64,000 bases of DNA from Phoronis australis (GCA_002633005.1 NMRA01000476.1:226911-290910); one strand, 5' to 3'. Shown: positions 12,901 through 25,470, counted from the stretch's first letter. Notes: generated by a model from the letters alone, not told the origin. Translations and numbers: made by a program.

Positions 12901-15117
12901 AAGACCAGCAAGAGGATCATCATCATCACTGAAAGTAATATCGTCCTTCTTGGGCTTCCGTTTTTCCCTCCTAGGTGAATCCAGCCCAGCAAGTGGGTCA
13001 CTGTCATCATCAAAGTTAAGATCATCTTTTTTGGTCTTGCCTTTCATGGGTTTTGGCTGCTGCTTTGGCTGTGGAGGGGGAGAATCATCAAGACCAGCTA
13101 ACCCATCGTCGTCGTCACTGAACAGGTCATCTTTAGCTGACTTCGGTGGGGCTGGAAACAACAACACATCTCATATATGAATACAAGACCAATGCAAAGC
13201 CTTGAAATGCAACCACAACTGCACCACAAATGTTATGCTTATAGAAGTGCTTATTAGTATACAAATATGTTGAACGTATCAAAACATGAGAAGGCCTCAT
13301 TGCCTAATAGGAAAATAACTGTCATATTTTATAAAAGTCCTGCAAGGTGTTTAGGAAATACAGATGTGGATGTAAAAATGCCACAGGAACAGACGGCAAA
13401 CGAACAAGAGCTGTAAACAATAGAAATAGCCACTTTATGGCGTAAAATGAATAAAATCAGAATGAAATGGCTTCCTTGTCTCATTCATAGAAACCCACTT
13501 GCCAAATTTTCATGAGAATCTATGAAGTCTCCGGAGATATAGGGACAAGTGTAAAATACTAAAATTGCCACTACAACAGACAGCAGCAGCAGTTGCCTTC
13601 CCCATAGGACCACATCAACGGGTGATACACACCAGCGGATGACAAACAGAGATGATAACAATATGTGACCACATTTATGTGGTTGAATAATGAAATTGAA
13701 TTCCAATTGACTATCCAAAACTGTATTGTACCTGTAAAAGTTTTGTTACGAACAAATGCCAGCAAAATTTGGTTGCAAAGAGAGAATCTGCAACAATCAG
13801 ATGACACTGACAGGAACTTGAAACTAAAAAATACACGTCATAAGACAAGTAGAAAAATAGATTTTAAAACAGGCCAGTACACTGTGGACAATTCAGAAGT
13901 TAGTTAACCTCTCAGTTTTCTTATCTCAAAAATATAACTGAATGAAATAGCAAACATTAACTCAGACAGAAAATAAGAGCTTTTCTTAAAGAGCTCCTGC
14001 AATACCAAATATGTGTAATCAAACAGTAGATGAAGTAACATGCACTGAAGGTGCACCAGGAAGGCACCTACCCTTGGCATCAGCAGGTGTGCGCCCTCTA
14101 CTGGTACCAGGTCGCACAGCTTCATTGGGTTTCTCTAAAACAAAAATCAAATTAACAGCCGACTTCATCCACGCTAGGTCACAGCACCATTACCAGCAAA
14201 CTCAAATTACTTCTTTACTAGATCAACACAATATTCACCAAGAAGGCTTACAAACACAGTCACATCTGCTGGGCAAAACTGGGCTGCACCACCAAGCGGT
14301 TAACTCTATTCCTCATAACACTGGAAATCTCATCAAGTTGCTGGATGCAACCTCTTAGCAAATCTTGGAACAAACATGGCATCTTAGATGATTGTTATCT
14401 TACTTAGCATGACTATTGTCTTTTTCCAAGACAGTTCCAAGAAAATGTTTGGATTTCTCTGAAACTTGGCACATGCCCTTTAACCAACCTTCTGCTTTTG
14501 TAGGCTTCGGTTTTTGCTGCCCTCCTTTGGCCACTTTTGGCTTCTCACCTTCTTCCTCTGACAGCACAGCAGCAAACAACTCATCGTCATCAAGGTCTGT
14601 AAACAAGTCAACTATTTTTGACAACATTCTTTTTATCCAGTTACAAACAAAATATGAACATCTTTGTGAAAATTACACGACATTGAAATCAACGTGAGGA
14701 AAAACAAACAACAACAATGATAATGTGAAAGGAGTATGTGTGTGTATTGAAACAACTGTATGGCTAAGAAATATATAAAGCAAGAACATAATCTCAAGTC
14801 ACTGCAGGAAAGACCATAGAGCAAAATTGTGTACATTTATATTACCTGCAAAGTCAAACGTTTTGGACTTGGATGTTGGCTTTGAGGAAGCACCAGTAGA
14901 TTTAAGCACTGTAATCAGAGATAAGATAGTATGTCAACAGGATACACGCATGTTAGACCTACTCTTTCAAACACTGGGGCCAGTGGAAATGCTTTCCACT
15001 ATTTCTAAGGTTCATTGCAAGTTCTTGGGGTCTGTGCAAATAGTTTAGAAATCATTGCATATAAACACAAGAACCAATTGTGTGTGAGTGAGTGTGTGTA
15101 TGTGAGTGAGTGTGTGT

Positions 15118-15160
<43 letters not shown>

Positions 15161-18100
15161 TGTGTGTGTGTGAGTGTGTGTGAGTGTGTGTGTGTGTGTG
15201 CGCGTGTGTGTGCGCGTGTGTGTGCGCGTGTGTGTGCGCGTGTGTGTGCGCGTGTGTGTGCACGTGTCTATATATTTGTATATTGGAAAAGTGAGGCACA
15301 CTTGTTAAACTTTTGACAGCGAATTTCAGGAGGATACTACATAGGTATCCATTCCTTTAGTTTTGTTTCAAAATAGTGTCCACAGTGACATATCCATCAA
15401 GCCAGTATGCCTATTTTTAGTTTAATTGAGTTAAATGACGCAACAACGCAGTTACATCAGATAAAATAATGTGAAACATGTGAATATCCTTTCAGTAACA
15501 GACATATAAACAACATCACCGCATAGAAAGAATTCTTTAGCAAATAAATGAATGAAGAATTGACAGATTTACCTCTTGGAGAAGCAGTTTTAGTTGGATT
15601 TACATCACGATCAAGTCCTGCACTCTTGTTGGGTATGTCCGACTTCACTGGTGGCTTACTTCCACTTGCTGTTGCTGTCTGCTTGGTGGTGGGTGACCCT
15701 GGCGCTTTCCCTTGTTCTTGCTTCTTGGGGACTGGCTTCTTCTTGGCAGGGCCAAACAAGTCTGCATCCATGTCATCCAGGTTCTATAATGTTATGTAAG
15801 GATTAATTATTGCACGGTCACTCTGATTGGCTGAATACTTAATATCATATGCGTGCAAGGTGAAAGATGAAGTGAACAAAGTCACAACAATGCCTCAACC
15901 AACGAAAACGTGGTATGTTATGTAGAAATAGTCTTATTATTAAATGTGCCGTAATCTCTGGTAAAAGTACATATGTCATTTGAACCCAAAATGCTGTTAC
16001 TGGTTTCAACAACCGAAGACACTAAACGAGATATATGGTATGATGCAGCTGAACTAAAGACATAATATTTAGAAAACGATAGCCACCATTTTGATTTTCT
16101 GAAGCGTTTCTCGGTTCTTTAATACCCTGCACATTCCATGCAGCATAAAGTCTCATTACCATGAGCACAGTTGCAAGATCAATTTTGTTAGGAAATGTAA
16201 ACCAATTATGATTTTAGATTTTCAGATAGCTAAATAAGAGGAAATTCAGATTTAGAAATAGAATTGGGCAAAAATGGAAAATAATTTGTAAACGTAAAAT
16301 GAAAACTATCATTGTTTTGAGGAATTTAGGTTGACTGAAATGTATTTAGATGTATACAAGTGTAATTAGGATATGACAAACGACGTCTGATCCAAATGTC
16401 TGCAGGCAGTGCTTGGCCAACTAACGAGCCTATTTCCAGACATAATACTTTCTGCTCATAAAACGAGCCTGTCAAGTTAGGGGGTAATAACCAACAATTT
16501 TTCCCCAACTCAGAAATCACTTCTCTATTTTATTCACAGAAGGTACCACACTAAAACAATTTCACATCACTAAGTGGTCCAATACAGAAGTGTTATTGAC
16601 ATACACAATCACAGAAGACAAGTGCGTCAAGACTATGTTCACACCTCCTGTACCAGTGTTCACACCTCCTGTACCAGTGTCTCCAAATACTCTATAACAG
16701 ATGTGCTTCCAGAGTGTACAAGTTTAATCACACCAGCCATTATTTGTCATAATTCACAGATAGAACAAGTGCAGCTTACGCTCAAAGTTTTGGCCATTTC
16801 ACCAGGGTCTGCATCAGAAACATCAGACCCGTCAGCCTCCCAATCAGCCGCTAAGCTGCTGTAGAAGTCATCATCATTTAGTCTGTAACAGTTGCAAATG
16901 GAACGTTGACAGATCGAAATGCAATGCATGAATATTGCAGATTACATCAGAAATATTAACTAAGATTAAGGAGAAAATTAGCAAAAATCTGCACATTCAG
17001 CAAAATTTTTGCAAATTCAAAATTCAGTAAAACCTATATTTTGGATAGACCCTCTTGCAAAAGTGAATCATTTTAAAAATAACTTCTGAGAGCACTTTGG
17101 AGTGACTTAGACAAAGTATAGGATCTGAAAATTTCATATCGATCACACCAGTCATTTTAAGAAATGATGTTTCGAAGTCTTGGACATTTTTTCTAGCTTG
17201 GGTCACACGTAACAATTGACCAAGCTAATACTTGTGAAATTTACAATAAAAGTTACTAACTTTTTCTTTGCAGGTCCTTTGGAAGACTTCCCTGGCCATG
17301 TCTGAAGTGGTTTTGTAGGTGGATCATCTGTCAATAAAAACGAAACAAAGTGATTAGTCCTTTGTTGCGTAAAACCTACACATTATCTTGAAATTTATCC
17401 ATGTGCTAGAGGCCAATTCACAAAGCAGATGACAACAATCAATTTCAGATTCCAACAAAAAACCTTTATCAATTAAATCAAAATTACTAAATTTAGATGA
17501 TTTATAACAAGTGAAGTTTTTGTTCATTTGACATTGCATGGAAAGGTATAAATGCATATCTCTGATTACCAATAATTTTTCCATATAGAAGAGCCAAGGT
17601 TTTGTGTTCCCATTCTCATTTTATACCATTACCTTATAAAACAAGAGCAACGCGGAGCGTTGAAATGCGCCCACAATTGCACCGCATACGGTATCCTTCT
17701 AGGGTTGTTTATTGGTACCATAAAGTGGCCAGTAGAGGGCATACTTTGCAAAATGGAAAGGCATGGTCATTGTCTCCTCAATAGCCGCGGCTAGGGGCAA
17801 AATGTGAGTAATCTTCATAATACAAGCACATCCTATACACCAGTTGCTTAAAGCACCACAGAAACATAGAATTAAAAACAAATTTACCAACATACGAGAT
17901 TAGCACAGCATTAGAATGCCAGAAACAAATTTCTACTTGGAACTTTTCCTTCACAGTCACGAAGTAACACAAAGTATACACCTGAAGACCTATGAAAATA
18001 CAGNACGTGAAAACCGCCAATCGAAGATTAATAAAAAGCTTGGTCAGTGTTAAAAGCACGTGGCCAGGAAGGGCGCGCTACATACATGAACGTGTCGTCA

Positions 18101-21100
18101 AAGACATTAGTCGGGAACTATCCATTCATGAAACGGGTAACATAGCATCTGCAAGAAATGAATATTGGCACTAATTTCCAACAGTTTCTAATACTATAAA
18201 AAATGTTTACATTATTTTTAAGATGAATTGTTTGATTAACCATAACTGGTGTTTTTAAGCCAAATATCTGATAAAATGACCTCTGACAGTGAATGCTTAC
18301 ACACCCTTACACCAAAAAATAACTGTCAGATAGTCACGTACGCATCCAGCCAAACGGCGACTAATATGGCCTTACCGAGACAAATGTCGAACGTTTTTAG
18401 CACAATGAGACCGACAAGTACTAAATGAAACACGCTCTGGTTTAGGCCAACAGCAAATTTCTTTAGATACAATGCACATCTAGCTCGTTATATTGCGTGG
18501 CTCTGGCCAAAAGAAGGTATCTGCTCTGGAAAATAAACTCTGGTGATACGCACGCGCTCGCTTACTCGCAGACGAACTTCAAAACAAACGTCACGTGACA
18601 ACAACATGTGTGTTTGTCCAGACATTTTTCTCGTGTTGCCGATTATACATGTAGATGGCACGATGTAGCACAGATTTGTACTTAAACCTGCCGTGATCCC
18701 GACTCCACGGGAACTTTAAAATCTTAGGGACGCTACTTGGAAAACTTAAGGAGGATTTCAGGCAATTTGCTTGAGTCGAAACTGTATTTTTATTCAAGCA
18801 TTCAAGTCGCCATATCGACGATTGCGAGGCAGGCAGTCGGCCAGTTTTCGCCCTAGGATTTCAGCCCAATTTTCTGTAAAATGATCGTAACTTAACAGCA
18901 AAGTTTGATAGCAATGCACCACGGTTTTGTAGAAAGTCTTTCATAGATTACAGATGCGTAAATATGATGAATCTTAGCTTCCGATTTCACCCATTTCGGA
19001 GACCGGGTTTCAACAGCCTTGGGTTATAAGCGCCCCCCTGAAACGAACTTTTCTAAGCACCCTGGGCGGTTATTACGGCGAATACGGTATGTCTAATCAA
19101 ACAGTAGATGAAGTAACATGCCCTGAAGGTGCACCAGGAAGACACCTACCCTTGGCATCAGTAGGTGCGCGCCCTCTACTGGTACCAGGTCGCACAGCTT
19201 CACTGGGTTTCTCTAAAACAAAAATCAAATTATTAACAGTCGACTTCGTCAACGCTAGGTCACAGCACCATTACCAGCACACTCAAATTACTTCTTTACT
19301 AGATCAACAGAATATTCACCAAGAAGGCTTCCAAACACAGTCACATATGTTGCAGCATCTAGCGGTTAACTCTATTCCTCATAACACTGGAAATCTCATC
19401 AAGTTGCTGGATGCAACCTCTTAGCAAATCTTGGAATAAATATGGCATCTTAGATGATAGTTATCTTACTTAGCATGACTATTGTCTTTTTGCAAGACAG
19501 TTCCAAGAAAATGTTTGGATTTCTCTGAAACTCGGCACATGCCCTTTAACCAACCTTCTGCTTTTGTAGGCTTCGGTTTTTGCTGCCCTCCTTTGGCCAC
19601 TTTTGGCTTCTCATCTTCTTCCTCTGACAGCACAGCAGCAAACAACTCATCGTCATCAAGGTCTGTAAACAAGTCAACTATTTTTGACAACATTCTTTTT
19701 ATCCAGTTACATACAAAATATGAACATCTTTGTGAAAATTACACAACATTGAAATCAACATGAGGAAAAACAAACACCAGCAATGATAATGTGAAAGGAG
19801 TATGTGTGTGTATTGAAACAACTGTATGGCTAAGAAATATATAAAGCAAGAACATAATCTCAAGTCATTGCAGGAAAGACCATAGAGCAAAATTGTGTAC
19901 ATTTATATTACCTGCAAAGTCAAACGTTTTGGACTTGGATGTTGGCTTTGAGGAAGCACCAGTAGATTTAGGCACTGTAATCAGAGACAAGATAGTATGT
20001 CAACAGGATACAAACATGTTAGACCTACTCTTTCAATCACTGGGCCAGGTGGAAATGCTTTCCAATATTTCTAAGGTTCATTGCAAGTTCTTGGGTTCTG
20101 TGCAAATAGTTTAGAAATCATTGCATATAAACAGAAGGACCAATTGTGTGTGTGTGTGTGTGCGTGCGTGCGCGTGTGCGCGCGTGCGTGCGCGTGCATG
20201 TGTCTATATATTTGTGTATTGGAAAAGTGAGGCACACCTGGTAGAACTTTTGACAGCAAATTTCAGGAAGATACTAAATAAGTATCTATTCCTTTAGTTT
20301 TGTTTCAAAATAGTGTCCACAGTCAGTGACATACCCATAAAACCAGTATGCCTGTTTTTAGTTTAATTGAGTTAAATGACGCAACAACGCAGCTACATCA
20401 GATAAAATAATGTGAAACATGTGAACATCCTTTCAGTAGCAGACATATAAACAACATCACCACATAGAAAAAATTCTTAAGCAAATAAATGAATGAAGAA
20501 TTGACAGATTTACCTCTTGGAGAAGCAGTTTTGGTTGGATTTACATCACGATCAAGTCCTACACTCTTGTTGGGTATGTCCGACTTCACTGGCGACTTAC
20601 TTCCACTTGCTGCTGCTGTCTGCTTGGTGGTGGGTGCCGCTGGCGCTTTCCCTTGTTCTTGCTTCTTGGGGACTGGCTTCTTCTTGGCAGGGCCAAACAA
20701 GTCTGCATCCATGTCATCCAGGTTCTATAATGTTATGTAAGGATTAATTATTGCACGGTCGCTCTGATTGGCTGAATACTTAATATCATATGCGTGCAAG
20801 GTGACAGATGAAGCGAGCAAAGTCATCAAAGTCACAACAATGCCTCAACCAACGAAAACATGTGGTAAGTTATGTAAAAATAGTCTTATTATTAAATGTA
20901 CAGTAATCTCTGGTAAAAGTACATATGTCATCTGAACCCAAAATGCTGTTACTGGTTTCAACAACCGAAGACACTAAACGAGATCTATGGTATGATGCAG
21001 CTGAACTAAAGACATAATATTTAGAAAACGATAGCCACCATTTTGATTTTCTGAAGCATTTCTCGGTTCTTTAATACCATGCCCATTCCTTGCAGCATAA

Positions 21101-22747
21101 AGTCTCATTACCATGAGCACAGTTGCAAGATCAATTTTGTTAGGAAATGTAAACCAATTATGATTTTAGATTTTCAGAGAGCTAAATAAGAGGAAATTCA
21201 GATTTAGAAATAGAATTGGGCAAAAACGGAAAATAATTTGTAAACGTAAAATAAAAACTAACATTGTTTTGGGGAATTTAGGTTGACTGAAATGTATTTA
21301 GATGTATACAAGTGTAATTAGGATATGACAAACGACGCCTGATCCTAATGTCTGCAGGCAGTGCTTGGCCACGTAACCAGCCTATTTCCAGACATAATAC
21401 TTTCTGCTCATAAAACAAGCCTGTCAAGTTAGGGGGTAATAACCAACAATTTTTCCCCATCTCAGAAATCACTTCTCTATTTTATGCACAGAAGGTACCA
21501 CACTAAAACAATTTCACATCAGTAAGTGGTCCAACACAGAAGTGTTATTGACATACACAATCACAGAAGGCAAGTGCGTCAAGACTTTTAAACCTCCCAA
21601 ACTAGCCATGTTCACACCTCCTGTATCAGTGTCTCCAAATACTCCATAACAGGTGTGCTTTCAGAGTGTACAAGTTTAATCACACCAGCCATTATTTGTC
21701 AATAATCCACAGATAGAACAAGTGCAGCTTACGCTCAAAGTTTTGGCCATTTCACCAGGGTCTGCATCAGAAACATCTGACTCCTCAGCCTCCCAATCAG
21801 CCGCTAAGCTGCTGTAGAAGTCATCATCATTTAGTCTGTAACAGTTGCAAATGGATCGTTGACAGCTCGAAATGCAATGCATGAATATTGCAGATTAGAT
21901 CAGAAATATTAACTAAGATTAAGGAGAAAATTAGCAAAAATCTGCACATTCAGCAAAATTTTTGCAAATTCAAAATTCAGTAAAACCTATATTTTGGATA
22001 GACCCTCTTGCAAAAGTGAATCATTTTAAAAATAATTTCTGAGAGCACTTTGGAGTGACTTGGACAAAGTATAGGATCTGAAAATTTCATATCGATTGCA
22101 CCAGTCATTTTAAGAAATGATGTTTCGAAGTCTTGGACATTTTTCTAGCTTGGGTCACACATAGCAATTGACCAAGCTAATACTTGTGAAATTTACAATA
22201 AAAGTTACTCACTTTTTCTTTGCAGGTCCTTTGGAAGACTTCCCTGGCCATGTCTGAAGTGGTTTTGTAGGTGGATCATCTGTCAATAAAAACGAAACAA
22301 AGTTATTAGTCCTTTGTTGGGTAAAACCTACACATTATCTTGAAATTCATCCATGTGCTAGAGGCCAATTCACGAAGCAGATGACAACAATCAATTTCAG
22401 ATTCCAACAAAAAACCTTTATCAATTAAATCAAAATTGCTAAATTTAGATGATTTATAACAAGTGAAGTTTTTGTTCATTTGACATTGCATGGAAAGCAT
22501 AAATGCATATCTCTGATTACCAATAATTTTTCCATATAGAAGAGCCAAGGTTTTGTGTTCCCATTCTCATTTTATACCATTACCTTATAAAAAAGAGCAT
22601 CGCTAACGTCTGGAGATTATTATTTTTCTAACAATCGCACAACAATTCAAACTTACCATCATTCCCTATCAAGTCACCCAAAAGATCATCAAGTCCAGAC
22701 CCCTTTCCTGCATTTCTGGCCCTTCGTCCTTGTCCAGGCTTCCAACC
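6959..22747 (-). CDS. FBF1: Fas-binding factor 1 (centriolar distal appendage / transition fibre protein), N-terminal and central exons; partial
   Basis: Phase-consistent exons in transcript order: 22747-22657, 22279-22213, 21835-21733, 20724-20514, 19974-19912, 19662-19555, 19212-19150 (second copies of these last six at 17327-17261, 16882-16780, 15783-15573, 14908-14846, 14596-14489, 14134-14072), 13151-12779, 12214-12054, 11665-11566 (second copies of these two at 10579-10419, 10057-9958), 9587-8680, 8231-7963, 7171-6959. Peptides KGSGLDDLLGDLIGND, DDDFYSSLA..SDVSDADP..LSNLDDMDADLFG and DFNFGDYMPS..SRRSVRF match the vertebrate FBF1 N-terminal motifs as I recall them, in the same order. They are followed by DWLG repeats and the start of a Q/E-rich coiled coil. 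The start-codon exon was not resolved. Confidence 0.85.
7560..7957. repeat. Degenerate ~33-bp tandem repeat (gatttagcatgtgagcccctacaaacctgct-like) in an FBF1 intron
   Basis: Recurring tttagcatgtgagccc / ctgatttagca cores at roughly 33-bp spacing; divergence increases leftwards. Confidence 0.85.
9472..12720. repeat. Tandem near-identical ~1.6-kb blocks (9472-11084 and 11086-~12720) joined by a single N; probable uncollapsed haplotypes
   Basis: The two blocks align directly with scattered SNPs and indels. The junction is n at 11085, beside a (CA)n tract. Confidence 0.9.
12680..12775. repeat. (CA)n/(CG)n microsatellite
   Basis: Visible dinucleotide run next to the FBF1 splice donor. Confidence 0.97.
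15079..15266. repeat. (TG)n compound microsatellite
   Basis: Visible run; a much shorter counterpart lies at ~20145-20203. Confidence 0.97.
17641..18003 (-). mobile_element. 3' part of a HINE of the same family as 1600-3028, truncated at the contig join
   Basis: Starts acaagagcaacgcggagcgttgaaatgcgcccac and is near-identical to 1600-1820. It is absent from the duplicate block at ~22591. Confidence 0.85.
18005..19087. mobile_element. Right part of a non-autonomous DNA transposon inserted at TA (Tc1/mariner/pogo-like terminus)
   Basis: Ends ...gggcggttattacggcgaatacgg|TA. The duplicate block shows the empty TA site at 14010-14011. Confidence 0.7.
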
Positions 22748-23776
22748 CTGCAGGAAATAGTTACTATTTACAGGGTTAGCAATCCACTTTTCCAAACCGA
22801 TTATCAAGCCATTCTCAAACAACCGTGCCTTCTCAACAGAGAAATAGCTATCCAAATACCGACGTAGTCAAACAACCCAATTAATTACCAAACAACAAGA
22901 TCACTGTTCAAAACACAAAGTGCAGAATATTTCAATTCAGGCCTGAAATCAGTCAAGGAACTCCAACAGTACAGAGGCAAATGTAAAAACATCTAATATT
23001 GGATCAAAAGAAGTTGCGAAGTTCACGAATAAAAAGTCTAAAGGACACAGATCTTACAAGATGCTTCCATACTACTTTTTGCAAGTGTCAGCCGCCAGCT
23101 CAGTCTCTTGTGGCCAAACTCGTCTGCCATCAGCTAACCTACTTTATGGTTATAAGTTAATGGCATCCATAAAAGTGGGAATTCTTCGGTAAAGTCATTT
23201 TTGTTCCAACAAACATGCTTCATCGAGGATATGCATAGCACCAGAAAGTATCGATGAAGAAAGTAGGCAGTTTTTAAGTGACAAATTTAAGTGTAAAATG
23301 CTTTTTTGACGAGGTGAAAAACTGTTATTCGGTTAACAGATTTGGACCGATTAGAAGCGTTTTAGTCTCTTGCCAGCCACCCAAGGAGGGTTACATGGAA
23401 TGGGTAATACTCTGATAGTGAGTTAGGCAAAGTCTCGCATGAGACTGAGCGAAGCGTGTGACCTGGCGTGCGACGTGTACAAAATAGCATGGGAAGCTAT
23501 CAGGTAAAATTTGAACTAGATTTGTGCCCCTTCAACTTTTTGTTCGTCAACAGGCGCGATTTCATGCAACTTCCTCAAAATGGCACTCGGTGAGAGAAAC
23601 TCTAGCAAACCGCGACAGATTTTCATAGATATGTTCAAGTTATGTTGCCTAAATTATACCCAGAGTCATGGTATATGTTAATTATAACTCCATGTGTATA
23701 TATGCAAGTTTCATTAAATTTTATTTGCTGTACTTTGAAATGAGTAACTTTTATGAGGGCAATGCAATTGCCTATC

Positions 23777-23847
23777 CATGGGGGGGTGCATCATTGGGGA
23801 CCGTGTGGGCTATTGCCCCCAGTTTTATCAGTGCTGCGCCGCCCATG
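23777..23847. mobile_element. ~70-bp mini-MITE with CATGGG termini
   Basis: catggggggtgc...gcgccgcccatg, flanked by the direct repeat ctatc. A related copy lies at 30931-31000. Confidence 0.6.
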
Positions 23848-23871
23848 CTATCTGGCTCTAAGCATAAAAGG

Positions 23872-24332
23872 TACTTATAACAACGTGACTTTGATGTTTT
23901 AATCAGTGTGAGGCACCACTTGCCAAAAGGCTTCATCATCTGCACCAGGGCTAGACAGTTACCACTGCCTCTATTGGCACTGCCAGTAGAGACAGTGGAG
24001 CTCCTATAGGCGTTTCATACACCGGAAGCTTTTCGACGAATTATGCCTCGCACGGGCTAAAACATCAAAGCCACGTTGTTATAAATACATTGTGTGTATA
24101 GAGGGACACCTTAGGAGCCAGTCGATGTATTTAATTCCTTCTAACTCGAACAAATACTCCTGTTATCAAACTTTTTCTTCGAGCAGTCCCTCGTTCAGTT
24201 CCCAAAATTGGTAACTCACCATTTTTAACACTTCGCACGCCAGGGGATATGACGTCATACCACCTGCCGCGCACAGTGTTAAAAATGGTGAGTTATTGAT
24301 TTTGGGAACTGAACGAGGAACTGCTCGAGGAA
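23872..24332. mobile_element. Foldback/palindromic repeat element centred on TATGACGTCATA
   Basis: Inverted arms at ~23872-23914 and ~24043-24088, plus a ~155-bp palindrome at 24177-24332. A homologous segment lies at ~55875-56202. Confidence 0.7.
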
Positions 24333-24491
24333 CAGCCTAGTGACAATACACACATCCTGAATGGAACAAATCTCCTAATTTTTGTTTAGTTTCCCTATGT
24401 GCCGTCCTTTGAACAAGAAAAAGACATCCAAACAGTGTGGAAATGACCTTTTTTATGTAACAATTTTTTCCTCACCGGGTGGGGGAATTCC

Positions 24492-24812
24492 NNNNNNNNN
24501 NNNNNNNNNNNNNNNNNNNNNNNNNNNNNNNNNNNNNNNNNNNNNNNNNNNNNNNNNNNNNNNNNNNNNNNNNNNNNNNNNNNNNNNNNNNNNNNNNNNN
24601 NNNNNNNNNNNNNNNNNNNNNNNNNNNNNNNNNNNNNNNNNNNNNNNNNNNNNNNNNNNNNNNNNNNNNNNNNNNNNNNNNNNNNNNNNNNNNNNNNNNN
24701 NNNNNNNNNNNNNNNNNNNNNNNNNNNNNNNNNNNNNNNNNNNNNNNNNNNNNNNNNNNNNNNNNNNNNNNNNNNNNNNNNNNNNNNNNNNNNNNNNNNN
24801 NNNNNNNNNNNN
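24492..24812. other. Assembly gap
   Basis: N run. Confidence 1.
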
Positions 24813-25129
24813 TCTCACGAATTTGGACCCCCAATTTTCAAATCCTAGATGAGTCCCTGCAGTCAATACATGTTGTTTCTTGAGCAGGGACTAATGCGCC
24901 ATACCAAACAAGTGTTCACGACTTACCGAGTTCATTTTAATGCAAGGGCTAGGAAAACGTACAAAAACGTCTCATCGTTTGTCACTGTTTATCTCTTAAA
25001 CTTGCAGAAAGTATCATTCAAACAGCACGCCATATTTTAAATTATCTCGCGCGATTCAACGTGACATGGAAAATAGAACCAGTAGCGCTCTTAGCGGATG
25101 GGTGTGCAGTGTAGGGCTTGCGGTCTGAA

Positions 25130-25470
25130 AATAAGTGTGGACCTTATTTGGACAACATCAGTTCACTGACTAAAAAAGAATAATGTCGGAGCAGAAAGAG
25201 AATTGAGAGGAGTGGAAAACACAAGAAATTCGAGATTTTGGAGCAGAGACAGGAATGATATGGAGATTCATCACCCCATCAGCACCGCATCTTGGTCTAG
25301 CTGAATCCGCGAGTCTTTGTACAACTACACTACTACAGGGTTCCAAGAAAGCTTTGAGGATAACCATTGGGACACTGCATTCGAGCTTTACACAGCTTTA
25401 ATGGAAGTTGCTAGCCTTATAAGCCGGCAGCCCATGGGACGTGTTCTCAATGACGCTGATGATGGATAGT
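25130..25470 (+). mobile_element. BEL/Pao LTR retrotransposon integrase fragment (decayed)
   Basis: Across frameshifts it reads VGAERELR..EIRDFGAETGMIWRFITPSAPH..GLAES..KKALRITIG..FELYTALMEVASLISRQP. This fits the BEL integrase pattern W.F..P.APH.GG..E...K....L.T.L.E....N.RP. Confidence 0.65.

Larger units (their letters stand above)
14010..22591. repeat. Tandem near-identical ~3.5-kb blocks (14010-17640 and 19088-22591) separated by two truncated transposons and a single N; probable uncollapsed haplotypes
   Basis: Both blocks carry the same six FBF1 exons and intervening introns. The junction is n at 18004. Confidence 0.9.

Noticed and set aside
15005-15316. His/Thr- and Cys/Val-rich ORFs (also near 12585-12978)
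   Set aside because: Translations of (CA)n/(TG)n microsatellites.
23052-23130. Candidate FBF1 first coding exon (ATG at 23130 or 23070, donor after 23058)
   Set aside because: The donor is phase 1, but the exon at 22747 needs phase 0, so the join hits a stop. It may be a 5' UTR exon; the true start is unresolved.
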